This document shows positions 27,086 through 36,278 of a DNA stretch of 51,953 nt, piece by piece; the stretch's first letter is position 1; every line of letters begins with the position of its first letter. Both the position numbers and the translations under genes were made by a program. Location of the stretch: assembly GCA_964632345.1 (NCBI GenBank), contig CAZWDD010000002.1, positions 4,827 through 56,779 of the forward strand. Direction: 5' to 3'. Under the pieces are notes generated by a model. The model made no database searches. It was not told the DNA's origin and saw only the letters and a list, made by a program, of their open reading frames with translations. The stretch comes from an uncultured Solibacteraceae bacterium (GTDB lineage: Bacteria > Acidobacteriota > Terriglobia > Bryobacterales > Bryobacteraceae).

Positions 27086-29166
27086 GGCAGGAATACGAAC
27101 TCGCTGAGGTTGAGCAGCATCCAGGCGAAGCCCGTCAACTGTTCGGGCTGCGCGGTTTTCAGGTACGACAGGGCGGCGTCGCGTTCAGAGGGCGAGGGCG
27201 GGCGGCCGAGGGTGAGCTTGAAGCCGTAGTCGACTTTGTCGGCGGGACGGGGGCCGGCTTCGCGGTGGAGGCGTACGGCCAGGTCTCGCGAGGCGGCTTG
27301 CGGCAGGCTGCCGTTCAACAGATAGAGCACCTGCGGGGCGGTGATGGTGCGTTCGCGGCGGGCGCAGGGGACATGGCCGTCTTCGGCGTCAAAGGTGGTG
27401 AGAAAGGCGGGCATCATGTTCATCGACGTGTCGGCGCCGCGGCCCATGTAGATGCCGCGGCGGTTGTCGCGTTTGTCGTAGTTACCGGTGCGGGCGGCGC
27501 TCATGACGCGGCGCTCGCCGATGGCCTCGCCGCGGAAGGAGACGCCGCCGATGGAGAGATCCAGCGTGCCGGCTGCGGCAAGCATGGAGTCACGGATGAT
27601 TTCGGCTTCCAGGCGGCGGACGGGGAACTTCCAGAGGTGCTTGTTCGTCGGATCGATGGCCTCGTTGGCGGCGCGAAGCTCCGGCGTGGCGACGGAGGAC
27701 TGCTGGTAGGCATCCGACATGACGATGAGCTTGTGCAAGGCCTTCATGCTGTATTTGCGGGCGACGAACTCGCTGGCGAGCAGGTCCAGGAGTTCGGGGT
27801 TGACGGGCATCTGGCCGGTGCGGCCGAAGTCCGACGGCGTGGCGACGATGCCGTCACCGAAGTGCCACTGCCAGATGCGGTTGACGGCGACACGGGCGAA
27901 GAAGGGATTGGCCGGGGCGGTGAGCCAGTTGAGGAAGGCCTGGCGGCGGTCGCCGGAGAAGGAGAGATCCTTGGGCGCGAAGGGGAAGCCGGGCTGGACT
28001 TCGTCGCCCTTCTTGGTGCGGTCGCCGCCGATGTAGATGTGGCTGGGGCGGGCGGCGCGGGCAGCGTCGGCGCGGACGGTCCAGAAGTGGGGAAGGACGG
28101 GGAGGTCCCGGCGGATGGAGACCTGGCTCTGGCGGGTCCACTCGTATTGGACGGTGGTTTCGAGCGGGAGAGTATCGCGGTAGGCGCGCGGGTCGGGCTC
28201 GACGACGGAGTTGTAGAGCGCCACGAATTTTTTGTCCTCGTCGGTGCGGGCGGCGGGATCCTTCTTAAAAGCGGCCTGCGCTTCGGCGGGCAGGAAGGCG
28301 ACGCGCTCATCGATGATCTTCTGCGTGTAGGGAGCGGTGAAGGCATCGATGCGAGGCTGGATGGCGGCCATTTCGGCGCGGGCCTTGGCAAGGATCTCCT
28401 CGTGGCGCATGATTTCGGCGGCCGAGGCGAGGTTGCGCTTTTCCGGCACCAGGGGATCGAACAGCGCCTTCATGCCGTAGTAGTCACGCTGGAGGATGGG
28501 GTCGTACATGTGGTCATGGCACTTGGCGCAGGCGGTGGTCATGGCCATGAAGGCGGAGGAGACTTTTTCGACGGCCTCGGTGGCGAGGTCCTCATTGGGG
28601 TCGTTGGGATTGCGGACGGCGCGGGAGAGGAAGGCGGTGGCGAAGAAGTCATCGGCGCGGGGGGAGAGGTCGCCGGCGATGTGGGCGCGCACGAACTGGT
28701 CGTAGGGAATATCGCGATTGAGGGCGCGGATCATCCAGTCCCGCCAGAGGTAGATGGACTTTTCGGCCAGCATGTTCTCGTCGACGTCGGCATAGGCGAG
28801 GACGTCGAGCCAGTGGCGGGCGTAGCGGACGCCGTGTTGGGGATCGGCGAGGAGGCGATCGACGGCCTTTTCGTAGGCGTTGGGAGAGTGGTCGGCGAGG
28901 AAGGCGTCAACTTCGGCGGGTGAGGGGGGAAGGCCGGTGAGGTCGAGGTGGAGGCGGCGGAGGAGAGTGGCCCTGCTGGCGCGGGGGGCGGCGCGGAGGC
29001 CCTTGTGGGCATGAGCGCGGGAGAGCAGGACGTCGATGGGATTGCGGGCGTCGTCGTCGACGGCGGGGCGCTGGACCGGCTTCTGGGACCAAAGCGGCGG
29101 CTTCTGCGCAGACAGGGGTAACAAGGCCGGCACGAGTGCCAGCAGCGCAAGACATAGCCGATGCAT
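27082..29166 (-). CDS. DUF1549/DUF1553 (PSD1-type) protein
   Basis: 694-aa ORF with a signal peptide. The DUF1549 block is NPIDVLL...LLRRLHLDLTGLPPSPAEVDAFLAD...YARHWLDVLAYAD. The DUF1553 block is CAKCHDHMYDPILQRDYY. Confidence 0.9.
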   Translation of the reverse strand: MHRLCLALLALVPALLPLSAQKPPLWSQKPVQRPAVDDDARNPIDVLLSRAHAHKGLRAAPRASRATLLRRLHLDLTGLPPSPAEVDAFLADHSPNAYEKAVDRLLADPQHGVRYARHWLDVLAYADVDENMLAEKSIYLWRDWMIRALNRDIPYDQFVRAHIAGDLSPRADDFFATAFLSRAVRNPNDPNEDLATEAVEKVSSAFMAMTTACAKCHDHMYDPILQRDYYGMKALFDPLVPEKRNLASAAEIMRHEEILAKARAEMAAIQPRIDAFTAPYTQKIIDERVAFLPAEAQAAFKKDPAARTDEDKKFVALYNSVVEPDPRAYRDTLPLETTVQYEWTRQSQVSIRRDLPVLPHFWTVRADAARAARPSHIYIGGDRTKKGDEVQPGFPFAPKDLSFSGDRRQAFLNWLTAPANPFFARVAVNRIWQWHFGDGIVATPSDFGRTGQMPVNPELLDLLASEFVARKYSMKALHKLIVMSDAYQQSSVATPELRAANEAIDPTNKHLWKFPVRRLEAEIIRDSMLAAAGTLDLSIGGVSFRGEAIGERRVMSAARTGNYDKRDNRRGIYMGRGADTSMNMMPAFLTTFDAEDGHVPCARRERTITAPQVLYLLNGSLPQAASRDLAVRLHREAGPRPADKVDYGFKLTLGRPPSPSERDAALSYLKTAQPEQLTGFAWMLLNLSEFVFLP

Positions 29167-29174
29167 ACCCTAAC

Positions 29175-29180
29175 AGCTTA
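29175..29180 (-). promoter_or_regulatory. candidate -10 element TAAGCT, 8 nt before ATG 29166 (leaderless geometry)
   Basis: The minus strand reads TAAGCT, then gttagggt, then ATG, directly downstream of the glgP terminator. The hexamer and spacing are the same as at 43178. Confidence 0.35.
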
Positions 29181-29185
29181 TCCGC

Positions 29186-29215
29186 AAAACGAAAAGGGCG
29201 GGCCGGAACCCGCCC
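29186..29215 (-). terminator. Rho-independent terminator of the phosphorylase gene
   Basis: The minus strand has a GGGCGGG / CCCGCCC 7-bp stem (29215-29209 / 29202-29196) with a 6-nt loop, followed by TTTTCGTTTT. It lies 20 nt after the stop at 29235. Confidence 0.7.
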
Positions 29216-29234
29216 TCGTATTAGTGGAACCGGA

Positions 29235-31778
29235 TCAACTCCACTTGAGCAGCGCGTTGCTGGGGCGCGTCAGCGGGTGGTCAAAATGGTTGCTCGACAC
29301 ACGGAAAGCGCAGCCGAGGCGGCCGGTCTGGTGAGGTGCGTAGTCACAGCCAAAGGTCCACGCGGCGCCGCGCTGCTCCATCGGCGTGAGGCGGACAATC
29401 TCGGTATCCTCCAAGGCGCCGTCGGCATCGATGCGGCCGACAACGGCCTCGACGCGCACATCCTTCGGGACGAGACCGGCAAGATCAACCACCGCGCGCA
29501 GCGGCATGGGATGGCCGGAGAGCACCGGCCCGTGCGGCGCGCCGCCAACCTCGACAAACTTCACCTGCGCCCAGGCGGCCTGGATCTGCCGGTCCCATGC
29601 GACGCGTTCCTTGCTGCGGCTGAAGTTGTCGCTGCGGGTTTCGGCGCGGTACTCGTGGGCCGGATCGTAGAGTAGGCGCGAGTAGTCATCCAGCATGCGG
29701 CGGGCGTCGTACTGCGGGGTCAACGCCCGGATGGACTGCTTCATGCGCTTGACCCACTCCGTCGGCACTTCGTCGGCGCGGGCGGCGTAGTAGAGCGGCA
29801 GGATTTCGTTTTCCAGCATGGACAGGACGGATGAGGCGTGGATTTCGTCCTGGTCGTCCGCGTACGGTTCGCGGTCGCCGATGGCCCAGCCACCGGAGAC
29901 CTCATAGGACTCGTCGAACCAGCCATCGAGAATGGAGAGGTTCAGCACGCCATTAATGCCGGCCTTCATGCCGGAGGTGCCGCAGGCCTCTTCGCCACGG
30001 CGGGGGTTGTTGAGCCAGATATCGACGCCATGCACGAGCTCGCGGGCGACGGCGATGGAGTAGTCCTCTACGAAGACGAGGCGATTGGCGATTTCCGGAT
30101 CGCGCGAGAGCTGGAAGATCTCGCGGATGAGCGTTTTGCCGGGGATGTCCTTCGGGTGCGCCTTGCCGGCCACGAGGATCTGCACGGGCATGCGGTTGTT
30201 GGTGAGCAGACGCTTCAGGCGCGGCAGGTCCCGCAGCATGAGGGTGGCGCGCTTATAGGTGGCGAAGCGGCGGGCGAAGCCGATCGTGAAAATGTCGGGA
30301 TCCAGGGCCTCCGAGAGGCGGCGAATCTCCGGCGAGGCGGCCTTGCGCTGCTGCGCACCCTGCAACAGGCGGTTGCGGACGAAGCTGATCAACTGGCGCT
30401 TCCGCTTCTTGTGGGCCTCCCAGATTTCGGCGTCCGGGATGTCATCGATGAGCTTCCAGGTATCGGGATCGGTGGCCTTGTCCTTCCAATCCGGCTGCAG
30501 GTAGTTGTCGTAGAGGGCCACCAGGTCGCCATTGACCCAGGAGCCGACGTGGACGCCGTTGGTGACGTGGGTGATGGGAATCTCCCAGGCCGGAACGTTC
30601 GGCCACAGGTCCTGCCACATCTCGCGGGAGACGACGCCGTGCAGGGCGCTGACGCCATTGCGCCAGCAACTGGTGCGGATGGCGAGGATGGCCATCGAGA
30701 ACGGCTCGCCGTGGTCATGCGGGTTGCGGCGGCCGAGCGACATCAACTGGTCGATGGAGAAGCCGGTCTTCTGGCAGTAGCCGGTGAAGTAATGGTGCAT
30801 GAGGCCGGGGTCGAACAGGTCGATGCCGGCGGGGACAGGGGTGTGCGTGGTGAAGACGTTATTGGCGCGGCAGGTTTCGATAGCCTCGTCGAAGGTAAGG
30901 CCGTAGTTGGCCATCAGGACGCGGATCCGCTCGAGCGCGAGGAAGGCCGAGTGGCCCTCATTCATGTGGAAGACGGTGGGCTCGATGCCCATGGCGCGGA
31001 GTGCGCGCAGGCCGCCGATGCCGAGGACGATCTCCTGGCGGATGCGGGTGTTGGAATCGCCGCCGTAGAGCTGGTCGGTGATGTCGCGCACTTCCGGGTT
31101 GGGATTCTGCGGGATGTTCGTGTCGAGCAAGAAGAGCCGGACGCGGCCCACCTGGATTTTCCAGACCTTGGCACAGATGTCGCCGCCGGGCATGGGGATG
31201 TCGACGATGAGCTCCGACCCGTCTTCCTTCACCACCGGCCGGAGCGGGAGGGTGTAGAAGTCGTTTTCGGGTGACTTTTCGATCTGCCAGCCGTCCGGGT
31301 TCAGAGACTGGCGGAGATAGCCCTTCTGATAAAGGAGCCCGACGCCGATGAGCGGCAGGGCCAGATCGGAGGCGCCCTTGAGATGATCACCCGACAGGAC
31401 GCCGAGGCCGCCGGAGTAGATAGGCAGGCATTCGGCGAGGCCGTACTCCATGGAGAAGTAGGCGATGAGCTTGCCGGAGTCCGGCGGGGCGGCCTGCATG
31501 TAAGCATCGAGGCGGTCACAGGACTTCTGGTACATCGCAACGAAGCGAGGGTCGGCGGCTGCCTTTTCAAGAGTGGCTTGGGAGACTTGCCCAAGCATAC
31601 GGACGGGGTTGTGGGAGGAGCTACGCCATTCGGCGACGTCGAGGCGGCGGAACATACTGCGAATGTCCCGGTCCCATACCCAAAGGAGGTTGTAGGCGAG
31701 TTCGGAGAGGCGCGACAGAGCGGCGGGAAGGGCTGGCTGAACTAAGAACTCATGTTGTGGACGAATCTGGAACGGCAT
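29235..31778 (-). CDS. glgP: alpha-glucan phosphorylase (GT35, glycogen/maltodextrin phosphorylase, DUF3417-type N-terminus)
   Basis: The track ORF begins at TTG 31844. I prefer ATG 31778 (MPFQIRPQHEF), which leaves a 73-nt divergent intergenic region. Diagnostic blocks are LSELAYNLLWVWD, YFSMEYGL, PIYSGGLGVLSGDHLK, and EACGTSGMKAGINGVLNLSILDGWF (PLP-lysine region). Confidence 0.9.
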   Translation of the reverse strand: MPFQIRPQHEFLVQPALPAALSRLSELAYNLLWVWDRDIRSMFRRLDVAEWRSSSHNPVRMLGQVSQATLEKAAADPRFVAMYQKSCDRLDAYMQAAPPDSGKLIAYFSMEYGLAECLPIYSGGLGVLSGDHLKGASDLALPLIGVGLLYQKGYLRQSLNPDGWQIEKSPENDFYTLPLRPVVKEDGSELIVDIPMPGGDICAKVWKIQVGRVRLFLLDTNIPQNPNPEVRDITDQLYGGDSNTRIRQEIVLGIGGLRALRAMGIEPTVFHMNEGHSAFLALERIRVLMANYGLTFDEAIETCRANNVFTTHTPVPAGIDLFDPGLMHHYFTGYCQKTGFSIDQLMSLGRRNPHDHGEPFSMAILAIRTSCWRNGVSALHGVVSREMWQDLWPNVPAWEIPITHVTNGVHVGSWVNGDLVALYDNYLQPDWKDKATDPDTWKLIDDIPDAEIWEAHKKRKRQLISFVRNRLLQGAQQRKAASPEIRRLSEALDPDIFTIGFARRFATYKRATLMLRDLPRLKRLLTNNRMPVQILVAGKAHPKDIPGKTLIREIFQLSRDPEIANRLVFVEDYSIAVARELVHGVDIWLNNPRRGEEACGTSGMKAGINGVLNLSILDGWFDESYEVSGGWAIGDREPYADDQDEIHASSVLSMLENEILPLYYAARADEVPTEWVKRMKQSIRALTPQYDARRMLDDYSRLLYDPAHEYRAETRSDNFSRSKERVAWDRQIQAAWAQVKFVEVGGAPHGPVLSGHPMPLRAVVDLAGLVPKDVRVEAVVGRIDADGALEDTEIVRLTPMEQRGAAWTFGCDYAPHQTGRLGCAFRVSSNHFDHPLTRPSNALLKWS

Positions 31779-31822
31779 AATATAACGAATTTTCAGGGTA
31801 CCAGACGCGGCAGGGAGGGGTG

Positions 31823-31845
31823 TCGCGTGGAACACGCGATACAAT
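31823..31845. promoter_or_regulatory. perfect 17-bp palindrome TCGCGTG-GAA-CACGCGA abutting a TACAAT -10-like hexamer (candidate operator + promoter)
   Basis: The arms at 31823-31829 and 31833-31839 are exact reverse complements. TACAAT (31840-31845) lies 6 nt before TTG 31852. The same motif, GCGTG-N4-ACGCGATA, recurs at 43123-43139. Confidence 0.4.
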
Positions 31846-31851
31846 GGGGGC

Positions 31852-32946
31852 TTGGTCTATCAGCTCGTTTGGGAGAATCTGAAACACCGCCCGGTGCGGA
31901 CTCTGCTGAGTTCGCTGGCGATCGGGTTGGGTGTCACTATGATGTTGACGTTGGTCGGCGTGGGCGAAGGGATGCTGCGCGACCAGGAGTCACGGACGCG
32001 GGGCGTGGGGGCGGACATTATTATCCGTCCGTCCGGGTCGTCGGCAATCGGCATCACGCCGCCGAGCATCAACGAAAAACTGGTGGCGTGGGCGGCCGGG
32101 CAGCCGCATGTGCGGCAGGCGACGGGCGTGGTGGTGCAGCCGCTGGGCGGGGTAAGCACGGTGCACGGGGTGGATTTCCAGGAGCTTTCGGCGATGAGCG
32201 GCGGATTCCAGTTCCTGGAGGGCCGGGCGTTCGGGCATGCGCAGGAAGCGATTATCGACGAGTTCTACGCGAAAGAGAAGAAGTTGAAGGTCGGCTCTGT
32301 GATGAAGCTGCTGAACCGGGACTGGAACGTGGTGGGAGTGTTCCGCAGCGGAAAGCTGACGCGCATGATGCTGCCGAAGGACGTGCTGCAGGACCTGACG
32401 TCCACCTCCGGCAAGGTGTCGGTGATCTACGTGAAGCTCGACGACCCGAAGCATACGGGGGAAGTGATTGCCGAATTCAAGAAAGTACTGTCGGACTATC
32501 CGATTTATTCGATGGACGAGCTAGCCTCGCAGTTTTCAGTGAACAGCCTGCCGGAGCTGAAGGCGTTCATCGGCGTGGTGATGACGCTGAGCGTGCTGTT
32601 CGGCTTTCTGGTGGTGTTCCTGGCGATGTACACAGCGATTCTGGAACGGACGCGGGAGATCGGCATTTTGAAGGCGCTCGGCGCGGGCCAGGGTTACGTG
32701 CTGGGCATTCTGCTGCGCGAGACGTTTCTGATGGCCGTCATCGGCAGCATGCTCGGCATCGCGATGAGTTACGGCACACGCTGGCTGATTGCCACATTTA
32801 TTCCTGCCTCGATGACGCAGGCGATCGTTTACGAGTGGTGGCCGATCGCGAGCGGCATCACACTGGGCGGCGCGCTGCTCGGGGTGCTGTACCCGGCCAT
32901 CAAGGCGGCGCGGCAGGACGCGTTGGAGTCCCTATCCTATGACTGA
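31852..32946 (+). CDS. ABC transporter permease, FtsX/MacB-type
   Basis: 364-aa ORF with a TTG start. The N-terminus LVWENLKHRPVRTLLSSLAIGLGV is typical of FtsX-family permeases. A periplasmic domain is followed by three C-terminal TM helices. It overlaps the ATPase gene by 8 nt. Confidence 0.85.
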   Translation: MVYQLVWENLKHRPVRTLLSSLAIGLGVTMMLTLVGVGEGMLRDQESRTRGVGADIIIRPSGSSAIGITPPSINEKLVAWAAGQPHVRQATGVVVQPLGGVSTVHGVDFQELSAMSGGFQFLEGRAFGHAQEAIIDEFYAKEKKLKVGSVMKLLNRDWNVVGVFRSGKLTRMMLPKDVLQDLTSTSGKVSVIYVKLDDPKHTGEVIAEFKKVLSDYPIYSMDELASQFSVNSLPELKAFIGVVMTLSVLFGFLVVFLAMYTAILERTREIGILKALGAGQGYVLGILLRETFLMAVIGSMLGIAMSYGTRWLIATFIPASMTQAIVYEWWPIASGITLGGALLGVLYPAIKAARQDALESLSYD

Positions 32947-33622
32947 TCCGGCGCCGATCATCAACATACAGAATCTGCGGAAAACGTTCCGCTCCGGCGA
33001 GGTGGACGTGCACGCGCTGCGGGGCGTGGACCTGACGGTGCAACGCGGCGAGTTTCTGGCCGTCATCGGCCCGTCCGGCTCCGGGAAGTCGACGCTGTTC
33101 CACATCCTGGGCGGGCTGACGCCGCCAACCTCGGGAACGGTGGTGATCGACGGGCAGGATCTGATGCAGCTTTCCGACGGCGGCCGCACGAACCTGCGCC
33201 GCAAGTCGGTGGGCTTCGTTTTCCAGAAGTACAATCTGCTGCCGACGCTGACGGTGGGCGACAACATCGAGATCGCGCGCGATATTGCACACATCCGCGG
33301 CCCGCTGGATGGACAGTTCCGTGAGGTCCTGGAGATACTGGGCATCGACAAGAAACTGGACCGCAAGCCGCGCCAGTTGAGCGGCGGAGAGCAGCAGCGC
33401 GTGGCCATTGCGCGCGCCATCGTCAACCACCCGGCCATTCTGCTGGCTGACGAGCCGACCGGGAACCTGGACACGGAGAACTCGGCGGCCGTGCTGGACC
33501 TGATGCGCGACCTGAACAAGCGCCTGGGGCAGACCATTCTGATGATCACGCACAATCCGGAGGCGGCGGCGTTCGCGGACCGGATCGTGCAGATGCGCGA
33601 CGGCCAGCTACACGCTGTGTAG
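32939..33622 (+). CDS. ABC transporter ATP-binding protein (MacB/LolD-like)
   Basis: Walker A is GPSGSGKST, the signature is LSGGEQQRV, and Walker B is ILLADEPT, followed by an H-loop (ITHN). Confidence 0.92.
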   Translation: MTDPAPIINIQNLRKTFRSGEVDVHALRGVDLTVQRGEFLAVIGPSGSGKSTLFHILGGLTPPTSGTVVIDGQDLMQLSDGGRTNLRRKSVGFVFQKYNLLPTLTVGDNIEIARDIAHIRGPLDGQFREVLEILGIDKKLDRKPRQLSGGEQQRVAIARAIVNHPAILLADEPTGNLDTENSAAVLDLMRDLNKRLGQTILMITHNPEAAAFADRIVQMRDGQLHAV

Positions 33623-34468
33623 GCGCGCCAGTTCCAAAGCGCCGTAGAGCACGGAGTCATCACCGAGCGCGCCGGGCACCACGTCGAGGCGTGCGCGGCT
33701 CCACGATGTCACCTGCCGGCGCAGTTCCTCGCGAAGCGGCACGAACAGCTTATCGCCAGCCTTGCTGATACCGCCGCCGATGACGATTCGCGCCGGGTTT
33801 AGCAGCATGATGCAGGCCTTCAGGCCCATCGCCAAATTGACGACGTACTCGCGGACAAAGGCGGGATCGCCGACCAGATCGCGGGCCGGTTTGCCGTAGT
33901 CCTTCTCCAGCCACAGGCCGCAGCACATGCGTTCAAAGCAGCCGCGGGAGCCGCAGAGGCAGTCCGGCCCGCCGGGCCGGATGGTGAGGTGGCCGATTTC
34001 GCCGGCATAGGAATCGGCGCCGCGGTAGACGCCGTCCGCCGTCAGGATGCCGCCGCCGATGCCGGTGGAAAGCGTCATATAGAACAACGGCCGGAAGCCG
34101 GCGCCCGCGCCATGGACGCCCTCCCCCAGCGCGCCGGCGTTGGCGTCGTTATCCATCACCACGCGTTCAATGCCAAGCTCGCGGCGGACCCAGCCGCACA
34201 GATCGAAATCCGCCCAGCCGCCGACGTGCGTGGAAAGCGCCACCATCTGCGTCTCAAAATTCACGGGTCCGCCGAAGCCGATGCCGCAGCGGTCCAGCGG
34301 CAGTTGGCGCGCCCACTCACGGCCGATGGCCGCAATGCGGTTCAGCATCCAGTCGCGGCCGCCCTCGCGGTCGGTGGCGTGGGATTCCCGGCGCACCATG
34401 GCGCCGGCAGCGTCAAAGACGGCTACGGTGAACTTCGTGCCGCCGATATCGATGGCGAACGTGTTCAT
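33608..34468 (-). CDS. ROK family sugar kinase (no HTH domain)
   Basis: 286-aa ORF with AIDIGGTKF, the zinc motif CLCGSRGCFERMCCG, and GGGIS. An ATGA overlap with the upstream gene lies at 34465-34468. Confidence 0.85.
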   Translation of the reverse strand: MNTFAIDIGGTKFTVAVFDAAGAMVRRESHATDREGGRDWMLNRIAAIGREWARQLPLDRCGIGFGGPVNFETQMVALSTHVGGWADFDLCGWVRRELGIERVVMDNDANAGALGEGVHGAGAGFRPLFYMTLSTGIGGGILTADGVYRGADSYAGEIGHLTIRPGGPDCLCGSRGCFERMCCGLWLEKDYGKPARDLVGDPAFVREYVVNLAMGLKACIMLLNPARIVIGGGISKAGDKLFVPLREELRRQVTSWSRARLDVVPGALGDDSVLYGALELARLHSV

Positions 34469-35439
34469 CCCTTCGCCAGCAGCTCGGCGGCCGGCGCCGT
34501 GCCCGTCCCATTTTTCATGATGGTGATGGAGGCGACGCGATTACCGAACTCGGCGGCGGCCACGGCGTCGCGCGTGACGGCGTAGGCACAGGCGGCGCCG
34601 GCGCTGAAGCTGTCCCCCGCGCCACAGATATCGACGGGGTTTTCCACCGGCGCTGTGCGGACCCAGCTTTCACCGGTCTCGTCGAAGATCCGCACGCCTT
34701 CGCCGCCGTAGGTAACGAACAGCAGCGGCGCCTTGCACACTGCACGCAGGCCGGGGAAGTCGACACGGCCAAGGGCGCGTTCGGAGGCCTCGGTGGCCTC
34801 CTTCAGGTTCGGCTTCACAATGACGCCCTGGAACAGTTCGGCGCGCGCACGCGAGTCCACCCACACTACCTTCTCCGGATAGGCGGCGGCCGTCGACTCA
34901 ATGGCGCCGCGCAGCGCCGGCGTCACCACGCCGCCGGCCGAGGTCTCGGCCTGATCGCTGACCAGGATCACGTCGAAGCGCTCGGCATTCGCCAGAAACC
35001 GGCGGACCAGTTCCATCTCCACCTTCTCCGACAGCGCGCGCGTGACCACGAAATCGACCCGCGGCAGGTCCTCCTCGCCGGTCTTCGTGTTGATCAGCTT
35101 GGTATAGGTGAAGGTCTGCAGCTCGGGGACTTCCAGCAGCAGGGAGCCATCGATGCCGCGCTCGGCCAGCGCCTTCTTCAACTCCCACGCGAAGCCATCC
35201 GCGCCGGTCACGCCGAGCACGGCGACGACGCCGGTACCGAAGGCGGCCAGGTTGTTGGCCACCGTGCCGCCCGCGCCGGGGGTTACCTCCGTCCGGACCA
35301 CACCGGTGCGCGGGATGCCGGTCTCGGCCGAGGGCAGCGCAAGGGCCGGGTCATACCAGCACCAGCGGTCCAGGCAGATGTCGCCCACTACCAGAACTTT
35401 CAGGGCCGCGATCTTTGCGAGCAGTTCCGCGGTTTTCAT
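34465..35439 (-). CDS. PfkB/ribokinase-family carbohydrate kinase
   Basis: Track ORF 34465..35541 trimmed to ATG 35439 (MKTAELLAKIAALKVLVVGDICLDRW). The upstream gene stops at 35445. The motifs GGTVANN and DICGAGDSF are PfkB signatures. Confidence 0.85.
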   Translation of the reverse strand: MKTAELLAKIAALKVLVVGDICLDRWCWYDPALALPSAETGIPRTGVVRTEVTPGAGGTVANNLAAFGTGVVAVLGVTGADGFAWELKKALAERGIDGSLLLEVPELQTFTYTKLINTKTGEEDLPRVDFVVTRALSEKVEMELVRRFLANAERFDVILVSDQAETSAGGVVTPALRGAIESTAAAYPEKVVWVDSRARAELFQGVIVKPNLKEATEASERALGRVDFPGLRAVCKAPLLFVTYGGEGVRIFDETGESWVRTAPVENPVDICGAGDSFSAGAACAYAVTRDAVAAAEFGNRVASITIMKNGTGTAPAAELLAKG

Positions 35440-35444
35440 CGGGC

Positions 35445-36251
35445 TTACTCCGGGAACAGGGCCGGCAGCAGTTCGGGCGTGGTGGCAAAGTGGGGCACGA
35501 TCCAATCGGCGCCGGACTTCACCAGGCGGTCGCGCTTCCATTCGTCGACCTTCGCGCAGGCCGGCTCATCGGACGCCACGCCGACGGCCACGCCGCCGAC
35601 GCTCTTCACGTTTTCGATTTCCACGTAACCGTCGCCGAAACCGACGAACTCCTCGCCGCGGTTCTCCGCCGAGTCGATGATGCGCTTGATAAGAATGGCC
35701 TTGGAGAAGGTCTTATAGTCGTCGAGCGCGCCGTAGATGCGGTCCTCGAAGTAGGGGTTCAAGCCGAGGATGGCCGCTTCGTGCTTCACGAATTTGTCGT
35801 CGGTGCCGGAGGCCAGATACATCTTGATGCCGCGGTCGCGCAGGCCGTTGAGCAGTTGCATGGAGCCGGGGACCAGCCACTTTTCCGGGGAAACATGGCC
35901 TTTTTCCAGATCGTCGATGCGCGTCTTGATCCGCTCCATCAGGCGGTCCAGATACATGTGCTTATAGACCAGCGGGTCTTCGGGCTTGCCGCCGCGCTTG
36001 GTGATCTGGTCGGCGAACTCGATCATCTGATAGATGGTCTGCCGGCCCGTCAGGCGGCCGACGTACTCCAGCACCACAGCGCTCAGATCTTCCTCGGACT
36101 CCCCGGTCTTCAGGTCCAGCAGGATCTCCACCATCATCGGCACCATGGTCTCCACCCAGCCGGAGCGGATGAGGGACAACGTACCGTCGAAGTCAAAGAG
36201 CGCGACTCGCGCGTTTTGCGCATGCGCACCGGGGCGCAGTGTTTCTATCAT
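35445..36251 (-). CDS. HAD-superfamily phosphatase/hydrolase
   Basis: 268-aa ORF with HAD motif I FDFDGTL, motif II LASGT, and a GDG.VE-type motif III/IV (GFGDGYVE). Confidence 0.8.
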   Translation of the reverse strand: MIETLRPGAHAQNARVALFDFDGTLSLIRSGWVETMVPMMVEILLDLKTGESEEDLSAVVLEYVGRLTGRQTIYQMIEFADQITKRGGKPEDPLVYKHMYLDRLMERIKTRIDDLEKGHVSPEKWLVPGSMQLLNGLRDRGIKMYLASGTDDKFVKHEAAILGLNPYFEDRIYGALDDYKTFSKAILIKRIIDSAENRGEEFVGFGDGYVEIENVKSVGGVAVGVASDEPACAKVDEWKRDRLVKSGADWIVPHFATTPELLPALFPE

Positions 36252-36278
36252 TCTTCCCTCATTTTCGCACGGCCCGCC

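Noticed and set aside
29178-29186. A DnaA-box-like 9-mer, TTATCCGCA (one mismatch to TTATCCACA).
   Set aside because: It is a single copy that overlaps the glgP terminator U-tract and the next promoter. There is no cluster, no AT-rich unwinding element and no dnaA or dnaN. The skew polarity is that of a terminus, not an origin.
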